The notes under the pieces: model-generated
The model's input: the letters and a program-made list of their open reading frames with translations, nothing else
What the model was told of the DNA's origin: nothing
The model's database searches: none
Part shown: positions 60,841-64,000 of the stretch, in pieces
Layout: every line of letters starts with the position of its first letter
How positions within the stretch are numbered: position 1 is the first letter of the stretch
Assembly: GCA_019057635.1 (NCBI GenBank)
Contig: DXJL01000104.1
Location: forward strand, 1-64,000
Direction: 5' to 3'
From: Candidatus Heimdallarchaeota archaeon
GTDB lineage: Archaea > Asgardarchaeota > Heimdallarchaeia > Hodarchaeales > Hodarchaeaceae
Length of the DNA: 64,000 bases
Position numbers and translations under genes: made by a program

Positions 60841-62523
60841 ATGCCTCGTGGTGGTGGTGGATTTCGAGGCGGCGGAGGGGGCGGTTTTCGCGGTGGTGGT
60901 GGGTTTAGAGGTGGAGGTTTCCGAGGTGGAAGCCGAAGCTTCCGAGTAGGCTCAGTAAGAAGCTCAGGACGTCCATTTGGCCGAACTGGTTCTCGTCGAA
61001 CTGTTTCCCGGGCTCCACGATCTCGTCCAGGAAGAAATTATCATCGCAGACGTCATCGACGTTATTGGGGTGGTTATTATCGGCCATGGTATCGTCGATG
61101 GTGGCATTGGAATTGGTGGTGGGGATATCCATACCGAAGATGGTATTATGCACCTGTTTATTGGGGTGGTGGTGCAGTGTTTGGTATCATTGCCCTACTT
61201 GTAATTTTGCCAATAATTGGTATGGCCTTTATTCCTTATCCATTTGCTAGTAGTAATGCAACTGGAACAGTCACATATCAGGATACACAGACTATTTGGT
61301 ATAATGAGTACTGGTATGAACGAGAACCGATGCAAGAAGATCAAATAATCGATTATAGTGTCGAAGCAACGTCTAAGGTGACGTTTTTAATTTGGGATCA
61401 ACCGTTTGAGAATTTACCGCAAGACCAAGACTTATCTGGGAGCTATTCTGAAAGTATAGTTGTTCAGGCTGATCATGACTATGAATACATTGGGTACTTC
61501 TTAAAGCCTGGTTCTGAATTAACCTACCAATTTAACGTGACCTTAGGCGGTGATATCGAATTCTTTGTTGCTGATGCAAATGCCCTTAATCGTTGGAACA
61601 ATTGGGAGACAATAATACCCGAGGATTCCTACACTGGCTCTGAATCCTATGAGAATAACTTTGTGGTTACCTATGCCCAAGATTGGTACTTAGTATGGTA
61701 CAACCCGACGGCTTCACCAATTCAGATAGATTTTGTAGTAGATTATGTTGCCACGGACAATATTGATATCTCTGCAGCTGAGTATTATATTGAAGATGTC
61801 GAGGATCGACAATCTGATACATTTCCTGTGCCCAGAGATGGCACCTGGTATTTCTTCATATATATGAATCCATTTGTCAACTCTGAAGAATCTGTAGACA
61901 TTACTTTTGAGGTTCGGTATAATACAGAAGTGACTTACGAAGACCATTGGAAGGATGCAAGGCCAGTTTTGTTCATTATAGGCTTTATTGTTGTCCTAGT
62001 TCTCATAGTGGCAGTAGTTCAAAGAAAAAGTTCTAAGAAAAGTGCAATTGCAGCAGCCACGAGTACAGGTACATCATCAACACAGACTGCTACAACTACT
62101 ACGGCCCCGTCACCTCAAAAGACTGAGTGTCATCGATGTAAAGCGGTTTATAGACCAAGTGATGTCTTTTGTACAAATTGTGGGGCTAAACTTCATGGGC
62201 GTGACTATGGTACACCTAAAGCGACAACTCCTGCAAATTCTAAATGGTGTAAAAATTGTGGTGATACTTTGAAGTCAGATAGTCGTTTCTGTAAGAATTG
62301 TGGAACACCAGTCGAGCAGAAGTCCGAATCTCACAAATTTTTCCCTGATGAAAGAAAATCTTTCTTTTGTCAATTAGACAATGAGCAGCATCCCTCAACT
62401 GACTCTGCTTACCAATGTGATCAATGTTCACGAATGGTTTGTGCGAATTGTTATGATGACATCGGAAAAACTGGCATCAGAGTTTGCCCCTATTGTAAAG
62501 GAAATCTAAGTAAAGTTCAATGA
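60841..62523 (+). CDS. Two-TM membrane protein: RGG tail, extracytoplasmic beta domain, zinc ribbons and C-terminal RING-like finger (putative E3 ligase)
   Basis: ATG at 60841, 4 nt after the upstream stop. FRGG x4; TM; acidic beta-rich domain; TM; CHRC/CTNC/CKNC/CKNC; terminal C-x2-D-x12-C-x2-C-x4-C-x2-C-x11-C-x2-C. Confidence 0.75.
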   Translation: MPRGGGGFRGGGGGGFRGGGGFRGGGFRGGSRSFRVGSVRSSGRPFGRTGSRRTVSRAPRSRPGRNYHRRRHRRYWGGYYRPWYRRWWHWNWWWGYPYRRWYYAPVYWGGGAVFGIIALLVILPIIGMAFIPYPFASSNATGTVTYQDTQTIWYNEYWYEREPMQEDQIIDYSVEATSKVTFLIWDQPFENLPQDQDLSGSYSESIVVQADHDYEYIGYFLKPGSELTYQFNVTLGGDIEFFVADANALNRWNNWETIIPEDSYTGSESYENNFVVTYAQDWYLVWYNPTASPIQIDFVVDYVATDNIDISAAEYYIEDVEDRQSDTFPVPRDGTWYFFIYMNPFVNSEESVDITFEVRYNTEVTYEDHWKDARPVLFIIGFIVVLVLIVAVVQRKSSKKSAIAAATSTGTSSTQTATTTTAPSPQKTECHRCKAVYRPSDVFCTNCGAKLHGRDYGTPKATTPANSKWCKNCGDTLKSDSRFCKNCGTPVEQKSESHKFFPDERKSFFCQLDNEQHPSTDSAYQCDQCSRMVCANCYDDIGKTGIRVCPYCKGNLSKVQ

Positions 62524-63512
62524 TTTCCTTTCAAATTCTCTTTTTTCATTTCAGGTATTAAATTGGGGGGTATTAATCCCTTTTCGATTGCAATAATATT
62601 CTCTGCAACCATGATTGCCATTGCTTCACGAGCTTGTTTCGTTGCAGATCCAATATGGGGAGTTAATACTATATTCTTCAATTCGCGCATCTCTTTGGGA
62701 ATTAATGGTTCATTATAGTAGACATCTAGACCCGCACCAGCAATTTTACTTTCACTTAGTGCTTTAATTAGAGCTACTTCATCAATAACCTTCCCGCGCG
62801 ATGTATTAATCAGAAAAGCGTTATTTTTCATCAAATCCAGCTCATTTTCCCCAATAAGGTGATGCGTTTCGTCTGTATATGGTACATGGAGACTTACTAT
62901 ATCACAAGATTCTAATAATTCTTTTAATTTCGGAAGGTATGTCACTTTCATTGATTCGGGTAGATTGTTTGATTTCGAGCGAGAATAATAACAAATTTTC
63001 ATATCAAAACCCGTCCCTCTTTTAGCCACCGCTGAACCAATTCGCCCCATCCCCACGATCCCAAGAGTTTTCCCAGATAATTCATACCCTAGCATGTACT
63101 CAGGTGCCCATCCTGAAAATACAGCTTGTCGACATTCTTGATCCCCTTCAACTATTCTACGTGTAATTGCAAGAATTAAAGCCCAAGTTAGGTCTGCAGT
63201 AGCATTAGTTAAAACATCTGGAGTGTTAGTTACTGGTATACCACATTCAATTGCAACATTGACGTCTATATTATTATAACCGACGGCATAATTCGCAATT
63301 CCCTTCAAATTTGTACAATTTCCTAACAGATTGCTATCTATCCTCACTGATAAAAGAGAGACAAGATAATCAACTGTAGGTAAGATTTTACTCAATTGGA
63401 TATCTGGTGAACTACCAGAATCTAATATAACAACCTCAAAATGGTTCTTTAAAAGTTCTATACCTTTTTTTGGAATTTTATGTGTTAAAAGTACTCGAAT
63501 TTTTCTTTGCAT
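62517..63512 (-). CDS. D-2-hydroxyacid dehydrogenase (glyoxylate reductase/D-glycerate dehydrogenase)
   Basis: AVGYNNID, TNTPDVL, GMGRIG, INTSRG, LDVYYNEP and PHIGSAT. Confidence 0.95.
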   Translation of the reverse strand: MQRKIRVLLTHKIPKKGIELLKNHFEVVILDSGSSPDIQLSKILPTVDYLVSLLSVRIDSNLLGNCTNLKGIANYAVGYNNIDVNVAIECGIPVTNTPDVLTNATADLTWALILAITRRIVEGDQECRQAVFSGWAPEYMLGYELSGKTLGIVGMGRIGSAVAKRGTGFDMKICYYSRSKSNNLPESMKVTYLPKLKELLESCDIVSLHVPYTDETHHLIGENELDLMKNNAFLINTSRGKVIDEVALIKALSESKIAGAGLDVYYNEPLIPKEMRELKNIVLTPHIGSATKQAREAMAIMVAENIIAIEKGLIPPNLIPEMKKENLKGNH

Positions 63513-63558
63513 TTCTAATCATCATTTCTCCATTAAGAGTGATAGTTCAGAACGGTTA

Positions 63559-64000
63559 TTACATAGGATTTGAAGTTCCATCGTGCACACATAATCCTTC
63601 TACATAAGTTTGTTCAATTCTTAATTCCTTTATCTCACTGGAGTTAATTGTAAATGGCGATTTCTCTAAAATAATGAAGTCAGCATATTTACCCTTCATG
63701 ATATTGCCTAATTCATGCTCTACTGAGAGAGCTACTGCATTACTAATAGTATATGCTTTAATTGCCTCCTCAACAGATATATGGATGTCTTTTGAGGGGA
63801 AATTGACTGATTGATGTATCCCAAATAATGGAGAAAGGGGCATATTATCAGAGCCGAAAGATAGATTGGCCCTTAGCTGCAGAATTTTATTAAAACGATT
63901 TAATGAATATATTCTATCTCGTCCGAGCCGTTGCTCATATAATTCTCCAGGATATTGCCATTTCAAGAAATTAGGCTGCATTGACAGTATAATTCCCAAC
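63559..64000 (-). CDS. Amidohydrolase_3 (YtcJ-like), C-terminal part; the 5' end is outside the window
   Basis: SMQP, FGSD.P, EAIKAYT and G.I..GKYADFIIL. Confidence 0.85.
   Translation of the reverse strand, partial: LGIILSMQPNFLKWQYPGELYEQRLGRDRIYSLNRFNKILQLRANLSFGSDNMPLSPLFGIHQSVNFPSKDIHISVEEAIKAYTISNAVALSVEHELGNIMKGKYADFIILEKSPFTINSSEIKELRIEQTYVEGLCVHDGTSNPM

Noticed and set aside
3021-62431. Numerous 60-127 aa ORFs in the track that are antisense to or nested within long genes (for example 10533-10871, 55515-55898, 32008-32274).
   Set aside because: Shadow frames of well-supported genes with no motifs of their own.
1-64000. Genome-wide reassignment of TAG.
   Set aside because: radA, uvrA, glpK and others terminate with TAG at family-typical C-termini.

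Overview
Low-GC archaeal chromosomal window, carrying archaeal RadA, Cdc6/Orc1, geranylgeranyl reductase and a tungsten AOR. Longin-like, RING-like and RGG-containing proteins suggest an Asgard archaeon, probably Heimdallarchaeia-like; this is inference. Most of the roughly 55 genes are metabolic or housekeeping. I saw no rRNA, tRNA or CRISPR array. Main highlights: (1) A TnpB-only element family present in three copies (full 31899-33314, internally deleted 49017-49370, right-end relic ~5945-6037). It has 19-bp imperfect terminal inverted repeats and a CATG direct repeat at the junctions, unlike classical IS200/IS605, and its TnpB has a Fanzor-type rearranged RuvC-II site. (2) A two-TM membrane protein with an FRGG-repeat tail, an extracytoplasmic domain resembling plant APD1-4 E3 ligases, zinc ribbons and a C-terminal RING-like finger. 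(3) A stand-alone small RING-like protein and a tandem longin-like protein. (4) Two DUF1156-type methyltransferases flanking a thymidine kinase, with no nuclease nearby. (5) A PiT transporter with two in-frame TAG codons. (6) An AOR gene split by a nested insertion. All family assignments come from motif recognition by eye; no searches were run.
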